Shown here piece by piece: positions 51,119 to 62,137 of a stretch of DNA of 64,000 nucleotides. Origin of the DNA: Phormidesmis sp. (lineage in GTDB: Bacteria; Cyanobacteriota; Cyanobacteriia; Leptolyngbyales; Leptolyngbyaceae); NCBI GenBank assembly GCA_965248535.1, contig CBDFJR010000002.1:448001-512000 (forward strand). Direction: 5' to 3'. Numbering within the stretch: the first letter of the stretch is position 1; each line of letters starts with the position of its first letter. The position numbers and the translations under genes are program-made. Under the pieces are notes generated by a model that made no database searches, had not been told where the DNA came from, and was given only the letters and a program-made list of their open reading frames with translations.

Positions 51119-51718
51119 ATGAATTTTTCAGAAATGGATCAATTGCCTGCTGCTTTACAGACCGTCGCAACCTATCAACCTCTGTCAAACGGAGAAATTC
51201 TCTTTCACGGCGGTGAAGCCTCGCGATCGATTTACGCTGTGAAATCGGGGCAGATTCGACTGCTGCACTACACCAAAAGCGGTCAATCGATTAGCCATTA
51301 TGCGGTTAGGGCAGGCGAACTCTGTGCAGAAGTGTCCCTGTTTCTAGAGTCCTATACGTGTAGCGCGATCGCTGAAGAACCCACTCAAGTCTTGGTCTTT
51401 CCCAAGCTGGCTTTTTTGAGTGCCCTTCAGCAAAACTCTGAGTTTGCGATCGCCTTCATTATGCAATTGTCCTATCGATTGCACACCACAAAAGTCATGG
51501 TCGAGCTACGCAGCATTCGCTCTGCTCAAGAACGAGTTCTTCACTATTTGCGCTTGCTCGCGCTGTCTGACGAAAACACCGTCGCCTTAGAACAACCCCT
51601 TAAAGATATTGCTTTAGATTTGGGGATCAGTCCTGAAGCGCTATCTCGGACGCTCACCCAACTCGAAAGTGACGGAGCCATCGTTCGCAAAAAACGCAGA
51701 ATCACCCTGCTGGAATAA
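51119..51718 (+). CDS. Crp/Fnr-family transcriptional regulator
   Basis: cNMP-binding-like domain (GEILF..G...IYAVKSG); HTH DIALDLGISPEALSRTL. Confidence 0.92.
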   Translation: MNFSEMDQLPAALQTVATYQPLSNGEILFHGGEASRSIYAVKSGQIRLLHYTKSGQSISHYAVRAGELCAEVSLFLESYTCSAIAEEPTQVLVFPKLAFLSALQQNSEFAIAFIMQLSYRLHTTKVMVELRSIRSAQERVLHYLRLLALSDENTVALEQPLKDIALDLGISPEALSRTLTQLESDGAIVRKKRRITLLE

Positions 51719-51779
51719 GCGCGATCTCAGTGAATTCTCAATTCTTTTTGCTTAAAAGAATGTAAAGAATCTGCCGAAC

Positions 51780-51793
51780 TTGATTTGAATCAA
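51780..51793. promoter_or_regulatory. FNR-type box TTGAT-N4-ATCAA
   Basis: Exact TTGATTTGAATCAA, 74 nt upstream of the kinase ATG; TAN3T hexamers at 51813 and 51818. Confidence 0.7.
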
Positions 51794-51866
51794 AGACCGC
51801 ACCGGGTGCCGCTATGGTAGTCTCAGTGCAACAATTTGAACCCTTGCGAAATCTGGTTGCAGTAGC

Positions 51867-53099
51867 ATGACTGACTGGCACAGCGTTCTAGAGTCATTGA
51901 CCACGTTGAGTTATCGATCCCATAACCTCAGCAGCTATCTGCACGACATCACCTGCGGAGTCAGTCAATTGCTCAACTCAGATTGGTCGATCGTCACCCT
52001 CAATCACGGATCAACGGGGCAAATCGTCGCCAGCAACCTAGACCTAGATGACTCAGAGACGGGGTTTGCAGCCCATGAGAGCGTCTCAGAAGTTGTGGTG
52101 CAAAGTGGGCAGCCTTATTTTATTGAAGATGCCCAACAATATCCCGCCGAAGTGGGGCGCATGGCAGGCTATGTCTGCTATTTGGGGGTGCCCCTGCGGA
52201 TTTCCCAAGGAGACGTGATCGGCACAATTTGTTCCTTTAGTCAGCAGCCCCAGCACTATGATCCTGAGATTATTTCTACTGTAGAACTGTTTGCAGAACG
52301 GGCAGCCACCGCGATCGACAACTATCGACTCTATCAACAACAGCAGCAGTTTAATGATCTGCTAGAAGCCGAAGTCACCAAACGCACGATGGAACTGAGA
52401 GCCGCCCAAGCAAAGCTGATCGAGCACGAACGGCTGGCAGCGATCGGGGAATTTGCCGCGATGATTGTTCACGAAATTCGCAATCCTCTCACGACGGTTC
52501 AAATGGGTTTAACTTATTTCAAGAAGCTCGATCTGCCCCCACCTGCTCAAACGCGACTCTCGCTAGCGCTGGATGAATCAGAGCGATTGGCCAATCTCTT
52601 GCAGGAAATCTTATCCTATTCAAAACCTCAGATTTTGCAGCTTTCTGAAATCAATATTGATACCTTGATTCAGGAGTTATTAATTTCTCTGCGATCGCTG
52701 CCCGAATCCCAAGAGCGTTCGATCGAGTATTACCCTTCGCATTTGCCTATTGTGGTGGTGGGCGATCGCGATAAATTAAAACAAGTATTCATCAATCTAG
52801 TTCGTAATGCCTGTGAAGCCGTTAAACCGGGTGACACCATCCAATGGTCAGTCACCGACAACAGCGTGTTAAATCAGGTGGCGATCGCCGTTCAAAATCG
52901 TGGCTCTCCCATTCCGGCTGAGGTGTTGCCACGGTTAACTCAGCCCTTCTACTCCACCAAAGCAGAAGGCACCGGACTCGGCTTGGCGATCGTCAAGCGC
53001 ATCGTAGACGCTCACAACGGTGAGCTTCTGATCGAGTCATCCGACGCTAAAGGAACCATCTTTAGCGTCCAACTACCGCTTAAACGAGAGTTGACTTAG
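51867..53099 (+). CDS. Soluble GAF-domain sensor histidine kinase
   Basis: GAF (YLGVPL...IGTICSF); VHEIRNP H-box; NLVRNA; GTGLGL. Confidence 0.92.
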   Translation: MTDWHSVLESLTTLSYRSHNLSSYLHDITCGVSQLLNSDWSIVTLNHGSTGQIVASNLDLDDSETGFAAHESVSEVVVQSGQPYFIEDAQQYPAEVGRMAGYVCYLGVPLRISQGDVIGTICSFSQQPQHYDPEIISTVELFAERAATAIDNYRLYQQQQQFNDLLEAEVTKRTMELRAAQAKLIEHERLAAIGEFAAMIVHEIRNPLTTVQMGLTYFKKLDLPPPAQTRLSLALDESERLANLLQEILSYSKPQILQLSEINIDTLIQELLISLRSLPESQERSIEYYPSHLPIVVVGDRDKLKQVFINLVRNACEAVKPGDTIQWSVTDNSVLNQVAIAVQNRGSPIPAEVLPRLTQPFYSTKAEGTGLGLAIVKRIVDAHNGELLIESSDAKGTIFSVQLPLKRELT

Positions 53100-53152
53100 C
53101 TCAAATCTTGCACCCAAATTTTGATCCCTCAAACCAACCTCTAGGAGAAGTC

Positions 53153-53650
53153 ATGAAACGTCTTATTTACGGTAGTGTCTCTGCTCTTTTATTTTCAGCC
53201 GCCGCGATCGCGCCCAGTTTGGCCACTCCTGCCCCCAAACTTGAAGCGATCGCCATGAGCCAAATGGAATTTAACTTCACGGCTCCGTTTATCAGCAGTT
53301 CGGGGCTATTAGGAAATCATCACCTGATTCGGATCACGGTGATTGGAATGTCTTTAGAAGATGTGATGATTAGAATTCCGCCCCAAATGTCCAAATATGG
53401 ACAGATTACCGTTACCGACGAATCGGGTCAAACAGTTCCCGCAAAAATCACCGACAACAAAGGACAGGTGGCGATCGTCTTCAGTCAGCCCATTCAGCCA
53501 GGTCATATCCTCAAAATTGATATTCCAGGGGTGCAAACTGAGCTAGAAGAAGGCGATATCTTGCTCTATGGCATTACGGCCAAGCGAGTCGGTGCTAACG
53601 GTCAAATTCCAGTCGGCACCGCGAGAATTCAAGTTCCTAGCAGAGGCTAG
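53153..53650 (+). CDS. Exported protein (DUF2808-like)
   Basis: AGGAG RBS; signal peptide; beta-rich IVFSQPIQPG pattern. Confidence 0.65.
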   Translation: MKRLIYGSVSALLFSAAAIAPSLATPAPKLEAIAMSQMEFNFTAPFISSSGLLGNHHLIRITVIGMSLEDVMIRIPPQMSKYGQITVTDESGQTVPAKITDNKGQVAIVFSQPIQPGHILKIDIPGVQTELEEGDILLYGITAKRVGANGQIPVGTARIQVPSRG

Positions 53651-53692
53651 AACGCCTCATGTTTGAGCGTTGCCGCTAGGTATAAATGGCTT

Positions 53693-53736
53693 AAGCCCCC
53701 CTTACCTCTTCTCTACGAGCTGGTAAGGGGGGCTTT
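53693..53736. terminator. Intrinsic terminator hairpin
   Basis: AAGCCCCCCTTACC...GGTAAGGGGGGCTTT. Confidence 0.75.
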
Positions 53737-53754
53737 GTGTAGTGATGTTCAATT

Positions 53755-53924
53755 GCGTCAGTGCAGAGCAATTCATGACAGCTAGGCGCAGTAAGGAATA
53801 GACCTCCGGCACAAATCTGAACGGCCCTCCTCATGGAGTGGGGCGAAACCACCAGATTTTCTCTCCAAGGAGAAGCTAGACCCTCTTGTTGTGCCGCTTG
53901 GTCATTGAAGGCACAGTTAGCGCA
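53755..53924. ncRNA. Candidate structured non-coding element of unknown family
   Basis: Nested complementary segments: TTCATGAC/GTCATTGAA, CGGCACA/TGTGCCG, AATCTG/CAGATT, CTCC/GGAG, TTCTC/GAGAA. Confidence 0.45.
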
Positions 53925-54023
53925 TATCTGTCAGTATTAAATACTCAAGCGTTGTAACGCAGCGAACTGAAAGCCATTGAGAAAATAGTAAGTGCTAAAC
54001 TAGCTTGAAATCAGTACGAAAAA

Positions 54024-55479
54024 ATGTTTATGTTGTGGCAACCGATAGAAGATTTACCGTCGAACTGGCAAGATTTGGCAAGTTCTGAGTTGCCACCTCT
54101 AGTGACGGTTTGGAACGAGCAGGCAGATCGCTTACGTCAATCTGGTGAGTTCCAGTCTTTCAATGAGAAGCTACGCAGAGAAATAGCTATTGAAACTGGA
54201 ATAATTGAGCGTTTATACACCATAGATCGCGGTGTTACTCGTTTGTTGATTGAACAAGGAATCAATGAAGCGTTGATTCCTCATGGAGCAACAGATCGTC
54301 CTATCAGACAAGTAGTTTCACTTATCAAAGATCAAGAAGCCGCAATTGAAGGATTATTCGATTTTGTAAGTGGACAAAGACACGTCAAACTTTTACATAA
54401 AGCAGTTACATCAACTTCTAACTCAGAGTCAGGACAGCGAATCTAGACCCACTTACAGAAAGGATATTCCGTGTCTCCTTAATTAAAGGGGACTGGAAAC
54501 GTCAACCTAACAATCCTCTAAGACAAGATGGCACTGTTCATGAGTACTGTCCTCCTGAGCAAGTTACATCTGAGATGGATACATTAATTTCGCTACATCA
54601 TCAAATCGCGACCAAAAAATCCCTCCTGAAATCGAATCAGCATGGCGCATCATCGGTTCACTCAAATTCACCCATTTCAGGATGGTAATGGTCGTGTTGC
54701 TCGTTGTTTAGCTAGTCTAGTCTTCATTCAATCTAGCTTCCCTTTGGTTCTCACTCGCGATGATCGAGCAGTTTATATTGCAGGACTAGAAGCAGCAGAT
54801 CGATTTATCTGACTTGGTTAACCTCTTTGCCAAAAGCCAAAAGCAGGCTTTTCTGAGAAGCCTTGGTCTATCAGAGCAAGTTCTATCGGAGGCACGACGA
54901 ACTCAGGTTATCATTTCCTCTATTGCTGATAAACTGAGACAAAACCAGTCAGCATCTATTCAAGAGCGGTGCAAGAAAGCTGAAAGTTTTGCCACAAATT
55001 TATTTGATATAGCTTCTAGCCGATTACAGAATGTTGCTGATGAAATTAGACTATCTGTTCAAAATTTTGTAAGCGATGCACAAGTTTTTACGAGTTCTGC
55101 TCGTGCTGGCGATCCTCGCTCCTATTATCATCGCTACCAAATTGTGGAGACAGCTAAACAATTAGGTTACTTTGCTAATCTTCGGAACTATCATACCTGG
55201 ATTCAGTTAGTTATTAATGTAGAAACATCAACAACACTTCTCCTTTCATTTCATGCTCTTGGACATGAATATCGAGGGCTGCTTGTGTGTACTGCTTGTG
55301 CTTATCATAGAGATGATGCTGAGGAGGGCGAACGCAACATTAGCGATATTCAAACCCTGGCTGATTCTCCATTTCAGTTCTCCTACGCCGATGAAGAAGA
55401 GAATTTGGTAGAGCGTTTTAAGCAGGGGTTGGAAGATATAATTTTGACTGGGTTAGAATACTGGAACAAAAGTATTTAG
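54024..55479 (+). pseudogene. Fic-family (AMPylase) protein with about 5 frameshifts in the central domain
   Basis: Canonical HPFQDGNGRVAR at 54669-54704, in a frame absent from the ORF track; N-terminal ETGIIERLY; segments join across frames. Confidence 0.88.
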
Positions 55480-55617
55480 GCAGACCACGCTGTGATGATG
55501 TGCGAGCATTGCTGAATTCAGATATGCATGGCCAAATTTGACCTCACCCTTACCAAGAAGGAGAGGAAACCAGAACTCTAGCTCTCCTCTGCTTGGGGGC
55601 GGGAGTCATTCATATCA

Positions 55618-57009
55618 TCATTCAGCAATGCCTGGATCGTCCACGCGCGATCGTCGCCCATACCATCTCAGCAACACCCGCGCCAACCGCTCCGAGTCGT
55701 GACGCACCCATCCCGTCTCGGCATCTTCGTGCATTACGTCCGCCCGAATGATGCGCCGCCCCAGCTTCATCACAGCATCGCGATCCAGCCCCACCGGGTG
55801 AGACTGCTCTTCAGCATAGCGAATCAACGCCCGCGCCGATGGTGGCTGCTTTTGCACCAACACTGCATCAAATAACGACTTGCCACAGGCGAGATCGATG
55901 GCTCGAATATGGTCTGCCACGCTGTAGCCATCCGTTTCGCCCGGCTGGGTCATGATGTTGCACACATAAACACAGGGCACCTGACGATCGGCGATCGCCG
56001 CCGCGATTTCGGGCGCTAACAGGTTAGGAATCACGCTGGTATAGAGACTTCCCGGCCCGATCACAATATAGTCCGCTTTATAAATGGCTTCTAGCGCTCT
56101 CGGCAAAGCAGGCGGGTTAGGGGGCGTGCAGCCGATTCTCACGATCTTGCCGTTAGCTTCGGTGATGCTCGATTCACCTTCGATGCGTCGTCCGTCTTCA
56201 AGCTCTGCCCAGAGGCGCACATCGCTGAGAGTCGCAGGCAACACCTGCCCTCGCACGGCTAGAACTTTAGAACTGGCGGTGATCGCTTGCTCAAAATCTC
56301 CGGTGATGTCGCTCAAAACCGTGAGAAACAAATTTCCAAAGCTGTGCCCGACCAATCCATCGCCTGCTTTAAATCGATATTGAAACAGTTCTGTTAGTAA
56401 TTTTTCTTCGTCTGCTAGCGCCGCGATGCAGTTGCGAATGTCTCCGGGCGGCAGCACGCCAATCTCACGCCGCAGTCGCCCTGATGAGCCGCCATCATCT
56501 GCCACGGTGACGATCGCCGTAATATTCGCACTCGATCGCTTCAACCCTCGCAGCAGCGTAGACAGCCCGGTGCCGCCCCCGATCGTCACAATTCTCGGGC
56601 CGCGATTTAACCGCCGCGCCGTCAGCAGCACATCGACTAGCTCTTCATCGCGATCGGTCATCAACACATTCGTGAGCGATCCAAAGGTGCGAGTTTGCCC
56701 CCACAGCACCAGCAGCACTCCTGCGATTAAAACCAGTGGGCCGCTCACATAGCTCGGCAACAGGCGAGTCAACTTTTCTAGCACATCGGCAGAAAACTGC
56801 ATCAGATAAAAGATCGGAGTCAGCTTGACCCAAATCGCCAGCCCCAAACTGACCAGCAGCACCCCCCCAGCGCTCATCAACATCCAGCGTTTGACCAACA
56901 GCCCCGGAGCGAGCCACTTAAACCACTGCCCCAGGCGGCTCGGAGCCAAATGGCGAGATTCTTGCCTGATTGTCTGCATGGTCTGCTTGAATAAACGGTT
57001 TGCTGTCAT
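55618..57009 (-). CDS. yvcK: YvcK/CofD-like family protein (gluconeogenesis factor) with N-terminal TM region
   Basis: [36 protein letters not shown] and GPGSLYTS motifs. Confidence 0.93.
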   Translation of the reverse strand: MTANRLFKQTMQTIRQESRHLAPSRLGQWFKWLAPGLLVKRWMLMSAGGVLLVSLGLAIWVKLTPIFYLMQFSADVLEKLTRLLPSYVSGPLVLIAGVLLVLWGQTRTFGSLTNVLMTDRDEELVDVLLTARRLNRGPRIVTIGGGTGLSTLLRGLKRSSANITAIVTVADDGGSSGRLRREIGVLPPGDIRNCIAALADEEKLLTELFQYRFKAGDGLVGHSFGNLFLTVLSDITGDFEQAITASSKVLAVRGQVLPATLSDVRLWAELEDGRRIEGESSITEANGKIVRIGCTPPNPPALPRALEAIYKADYIVIGPGSLYTSVIPNLLAPEIAAAIADRQVPCVYVCNIMTQPGETDGYSVADHIRAIDLACGKSLFDAVLVQKQPPSARALIRYAEEQSHPVGLDRDAVMKLGRRIIRADVMHEDAETGWVRHDSERLARVLLRWYGRRSRVDDPGIAE

Positions 57010-57325
57010 TGCGGCTCTATACCCCGGAACGGAAGGAAGGCTGACCAGAATTTTATAGAAATCACTTGCCTTTGACAGCAGGATAACTCAAGTTTCCCAT
57101 TCCTAATTGACAATAGAGAAGGAGGAAAGGTAGAACCAGAACCCTTGGTTTCACTTTAGAAAAAGGAAGAAGAAGGATTCTGATAAAGTCATAGAGGCGA
57201 CCGATCGAAATCATTGTCTTGAGCCAGTGGTTTTATGATTAGAACGATAATGCTCTTGAATCTGAATCGCTTTCTCGATCGCCAGTTCCCGATTTTCTCT
57301 AACCCTGTGATCTAAGTCTCAATCG

Positions 57326-58105
57326 ATGAGTGAACCGTTGATCGAACTGAAGGGAGTTTCTAAATCTTTTGGACAAACTATTGTCCTAGATCAGGCTGAT
57401 CTGACGATCTATCGCGGCGAAGCTGTCGCCATTATCGGCCCATCCGGCACGGGCAAGTCTACTGTGCTGAGAATTATGGCTGGGCTGCTGGCTCCTGATG
57501 CGGGCGAAGTCTATATCGGGGGACAACGGCGAAAAGGGCTGATCGAAGACGCAGCCGACCCGATCAATATCAGCATGGTGTTTCAGCAAGCGGCGTTGTT
57601 TGACTCGCTGACGGTCGAAGAAAACGTCGGGTTCTCACTCTATCAACGATCGCGGCTGCCAAGACGACAAATTCGCGAACTCGTGGCGCAGCGACTAGAG
57701 ATGGTGGGCTTATCGGGCATTCACGATCTCTACCCCGCCGCCCTCTCTGGGGGGATGCGAAAACGGGTCAGCTTTGCTCGTGCGATCATGTCAAACCCAC
57801 TCAACCCAGAGGATACGCCAGACATGTTACTCTACGATGAACCGACCGCAGGGCTTGACCCGATCGCCTCTACCGTGATCGAAAATTTGGTTAGACATCT
57901 CAATGACCAAAGCGGTTGCCAAAGCTATGTGATGGTGACTCACCAAGAAAGCACGATTCGTCGGACGGCCGATCGAGTGCTCTTTTTACATCAAGGCAAA
58001 GTGCAGTGGCAGGGCAAAGTTCATGAGCTTGACAGCACTGACAATCCACTGATTCGCCAGTTTTTGAGCGGTAGTGTCGAAGGACCCATACAGGTGGTTG
58101 GATAA
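57326..58105 (+). CDS. mlaF: MlaF/TGD3-like lipid ABC transporter ATPase
   Basis: GPSGTGKST, FQQAALFDSLTV, LSGGMRKRV, YDEPTAGLDP; adjacent to mlaD. Confidence 0.88.
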   Translation: MSEPLIELKGVSKSFGQTIVLDQADLTIYRGEAVAIIGPSGTGKSTVLRIMAGLLAPDAGEVYIGGQRRKGLIEDAADPINISMVFQQAALFDSLTVEENVGFSLYQRSRLPRRQIRELVAQRLEMVGLSGIHDLYPAALSGGMRKRVSFARAIMSNPLNPEDTPDMLLYDEPTAGLDPIASTVIENLVRHLNDQSGCQSYVMVTHQESTIRRTADRVLFLHQGKVQWQGKVHELDSTDNPLIRQFLSGSVEGPIQVVG

Positions 58106-58109
58106 GCCT

Positions 58110-59303
58110 ATGCGATCGCGAATGGTTCGAGAAGGCTCAGTAGGACTGCTGATCTTAGGCGGCTTAGGGCTATTTGGCGGGTTGATTCTCTGGCTGCGAG
58201 GGCTAAACCCTGGCAATCGCAGCTTCTCAGTGACGGTAGAGTTTTCAACGACGGGCGGCGTTCAGCCCGGTTCGCCCGTCCGCTATCGAGGGGTGACCGT
58301 CGGCAGAATTAGTCGCATCACGCCTGATCCCAACGGGGTGGCGGTGCAAATTGACATTGCGCCTGCTGATTTGATCATTCCTCGTGACTCAGACGTGACG
58401 GTCAATCAGTCGGGGCTGCTGGGTGAAACCGTTTTAGATATTGTCCCTCGCAAGCCGTTGCCCGATGGCGCGACGGCGGCAAAACCCCTCGATCGTGACT
58501 GCAATAAAGAACTGATCCTCTGCGAAGGCTCTCGCATCAATGGTGCGTTGGGCATTAGCACCGATGAGCTAGTGCGGGCGAGCATCAAGTTTGCCACGGT
58601 TTATAGCGATCCGCAGTTTACGGGCAATATCAATTCGTTAACCAAAAACAGCAGTGATGCGGCGGCTCAGATCACCGTGTTGAGCAAAGAGGTGACGGGT
58701 TTAGTCAAATCAGCCAAGCAAGAAGTCAGCACGTTTTCGGGCACGGCGAAATCGATCAGCAATGCGGCCGATCAGTTTGGGCTGACGATCGCTCAGGTCA
58801 ATAGTTTAATCACGGCTAATCGAGCCACCTTGGTTTCGACGTTAGACAATCTCAATCAGACCAGCGGACAGTTGCGAGTGACCGTGACAAAGCTGAGTCC
58901 GACTCTCGATCGCATTCAGCAGGGGCAACTGATTCAAAACCTTGAAACGCTGTCTGCAAACGCGGCTCAGGCCTCCACCAATCTGCGCGATGTGTCTGTC
59001 AGGCTGAACAATCCTGCTAATCTGACGGTTTTGCAGCAGACTCTCGACTCTGCTAGGGCGACGTTTCAAAATGCCCAAAAGATCACGGCAGATTTAGACG
59101 AGTTGACGGGCGACCCTCAACTGCGCGACGATCTGCGAATTTTAATTAAGGGGCTGAGGGGTTTAACGTCTTCGACTCAGCAATTGCAGCAGCAGGCGCA
59201 GGTTTCTCAGGTGCTCGCACCGTTGGCGACGAGTCAACCCTCAGTGTTACAACCTCCGGCAGCGAGTGAAGTCGTTGAACCCGCTTCGAGTCCCGCCAAA
59301 TAG
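58110..59303 (+). CDS. mlaD: MlaD/MCE-domain protein (Ycf22/TGD2-like)
   Basis: MRSRMVREGSVGL TM; GSPVRYRGVTVGRI; SGLLGE; helical C-terminus. Confidence 0.9.
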   Translation: MRSRMVREGSVGLLILGGLGLFGGLILWLRGLNPGNRSFSVTVEFSTTGGVQPGSPVRYRGVTVGRISRITPDPNGVAVQIDIAPADLIIPRDSDVTVNQSGLLGETVLDIVPRKPLPDGATAAKPLDRDCNKELILCEGSRINGALGISTDELVRASIKFATVYSDPQFTGNINSLTKNSSDAAAQITVLSKEVTGLVKSAKQEVSTFSGTAKSISNAADQFGLTIAQVNSLITANRATLVSTLDNLNQTSGQLRVTVTKLSPTLDRIQQGQLIQNLETLSANAAQASTNLRDVSVRLNNPANLTVLQQTLDSARATFQNAQKITADLDELTGDPQLRDDLRILIKGLRGLTSSTQQLQQQAQVSQVLAPLATSQPSVLQPPAASEVVEPASSPAK

Positions 59304-59426
59304 AAATGATCGTGCTCACGACAGGAATGATCGCGCAGGAATGACTCACGACAGGAATGATCGCACTCACGACAGGAATGACGCACTTACAACAGGAATG
59401 ATCGTGCTCACAACAGGAATGATCGC
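59301..59426. repeat. Degenerate tandem repeat, 21-nt consensus CAGGAATGATCGTGCTCACGA, about 7 units
   Basis: CAGGAATGA at 59322, 59336, 59352, 59373, 59393, 59414; degenerate unit at 59301. Confidence 0.9.
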
Positions 59427-59472
59427 CCGCCAAATCTGTCTTTAGGGTGCACCCATACCCGTAGACTGGTGA

Positions 59473-60456
<984 letters not shown>

Positions 60457-60498
60457 TTAGAGGTCAAAATTCTCATCTACATCGACGATCGATCGGGC

Positions 60499-60786
60499 CT
60501 AGCTCCAGTCGTCTCGCTTGGCCCCACGACCTTTATAAACTTGAGCCACGGCGTGAATTTCACGAGTCTTCTCATAGAGGGACTCTTCAGTCAGGTGCCA
60601 CTGGCTCAACACTTTCTCTAAGTCGGATTGAATGTCTCGCGCCCCCGGAAAGCCCTTATAGCGAATCTTCAGCCGAGCTAGCTCTGCCAGATTATAGTCT
60701 GTCGGTTCACCGCTCAAAAGGGCATCTGTGACCTGGCGATCGCTGCTCCATTGGGGGTGCCGTTGCTCTTTGTTTTCTTCTGCCAT
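60499..60786 (-). CDS. DUF3288 family protein
   Basis: QRHPQW..DR...LAELARLKIRYKGFPGARDIQ.DL. Confidence 0.88.
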   Translation of the reverse strand: MAEENKEQRHPQWSSDRQVTDALLSGEPTDYNLAELARLKIRYKGFPGARDIQSDLEKVLSQWHLTEESLYEKTREIHAVAQVYKGRGAKRDDWS

Positions 60787-60854
60787 GATTGCCCCGATCG
60801 CCGATAAACACCGTGATTATGATAATACGTCGATCGTCCCATCGAGAGAAGGAT

Positions 60855-62060
60855 TTAGGGCGAAGGCAGCAAGGGCGATCGCTGCGTCGCAAAATTGCTG
60901 GGAATGCGAATCCGGCTTTTGCGATCGTGGTGGTGCGATAGCAAATCACCATAGAGGGCAACAAGTTGGGTGATATTGCGGCTCAAAGTGTAGCGCTCCT
61001 CAGCCCGCTGCCGCGCTTTTTGCCCCAGCAGGTCTGTCCAACTCTGGTGATCGCGCAGTTGGGGCAACAGCGTTTTGAGCTGAGAGGCCACGCCTTGAGT
61101 GTTAATGATCACGCCAGCCTCGTCTTCTAGCACCTCGCCATCTGCCCCCGCATCGGTGGCCACGCAGGCCACTCCGCAGGCCATCGCTTCTAAAAGCGAC
61201 AGAGATAGCCCTTCTACTAGCGAAGGCAGCACAAAGACATCAGTGCCTCTAAGAATCTCAATCCGCTGCTGCTCGTCGGCAATAAAGCCCTGCCAGACGA
61301 TCCCATGTTCTTCGCCATAGAAGGGGATCAGAGACGAGGCTAAGGTGCCGTGGTTGCCGACGATCACCAGTTTGCTGTGTTCGCCCATTTCGGACTGTTT
61401 CCAGGCTTTGAGCAGAGACTCTACGTTTTTCTCAGGGGCGATGCGACCTTGATAGAGAAAGACGCGATCGGTGCCCAATCGCTGCTTAAAATCGGATGGC
61501 CCCGGAGAATATTTAGTAGTGTCAACGCCGTTGGGGATCACGGCAATGCGGTCAGCGGGCACACCCAACTTGATCAAAATATCGCGCTGAATCTGAGAAA
61601 AAATGATGATGCGATCGTACTTGGCCAGCGACGGGGCATAGAGTTGATACATCAAATGCTGAGTGCCAGAAGTCAGGTTGCGCCGCTTGCGATCGAAGGG
61701 GGGGTGAAACGTGGCAACCAAGGGCAAATTCAGCTTTTGACAGATCTCCGGCAGCAAAAAGTCTAAAGGAGACAGCGTAAGCGATGCGTGCACCAAATCG
61801 GGTTTAGGCGAGAGGTCTTGCAGCGCTTGAATCAGCACCTTACTCGACTTCCAATTGGGAACCGTGTAGATCTGAGACTTATAGAGAAACGGAATCGAAA
61901 CTTCGTGAATATCGGGCCAGTTATCAGGAGCTTCTTCCTCTTGGGCAAAGTGAAAGAAGCTAACTTGATGATCGTGTTCTAATAGCCCGTTGGTGACTTC
62001 TCGACCATAGGTGACATTGCCACAAAATGGCGTTTTTTTGCCCAGCCAAGCGATGTGCAT
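60855..62060 (-). CDS. dgdA: GT4 glycosyltransferase, probable digalactosyldiacylglycerol synthase
   Basis: MHIAWLGKKTPFCGNVTYGRE N-terminus (recalled as cyanobacterial DgdA); GRIAPEKN; EGLSLSLLEAMA. Confidence 0.75.
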   Translation of the reverse strand: MHIAWLGKKTPFCGNVTYGREVTNGLLEHDHQVSFFHFAQEEEAPDNWPDIHEVSIPFLYKSQIYTVPNWKSSKVLIQALQDLSPKPDLVHASLTLSPLDFLLPEICQKLNLPLVATFHPPFDRKRRNLTSGTQHLMYQLYAPSLAKYDRIIIFSQIQRDILIKLGVPADRIAVIPNGVDTTKYSPGPSDFKQRLGTDRVFLYQGRIAPEKNVESLLKAWKQSEMGEHSKLVIVGNHGTLASSLIPFYGEEHGIVWQGFIADEQQRIEILRGTDVFVLPSLVEGLSLSLLEAMACGVACVATDAGADGEVLEDEAGVIINTQGVASQLKTLLPQLRDHQSWTDLLGQKARQRAEERYTLSRNITQLVALYGDLLSHHHDRKSRIRIPSNFATQRSPLLPSP

Positions 62061-62137
62061 TCGAGGTATATCGTAAAAGGATGAATAATCAGACGTTAGC
62101 GGCTGGCGATCGCGGTGAGACGATCCGCAACTAACCC

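Noticed and set aside
53813..53860. Hammerhead-ribozyme-like core (CTGA...stem...GAAAC)
   Set aside because: CTGAACG does not fit CUGANGA, and there is no stem III or NUH cleavage site after GAAA
59146..59433. Cys/His-rich ORF (DHSCCEHDHSCC) resembling a metallothionein
   Set aside because: It is the antisense translation of the 21-nt tandem repeat and overlaps mlaD
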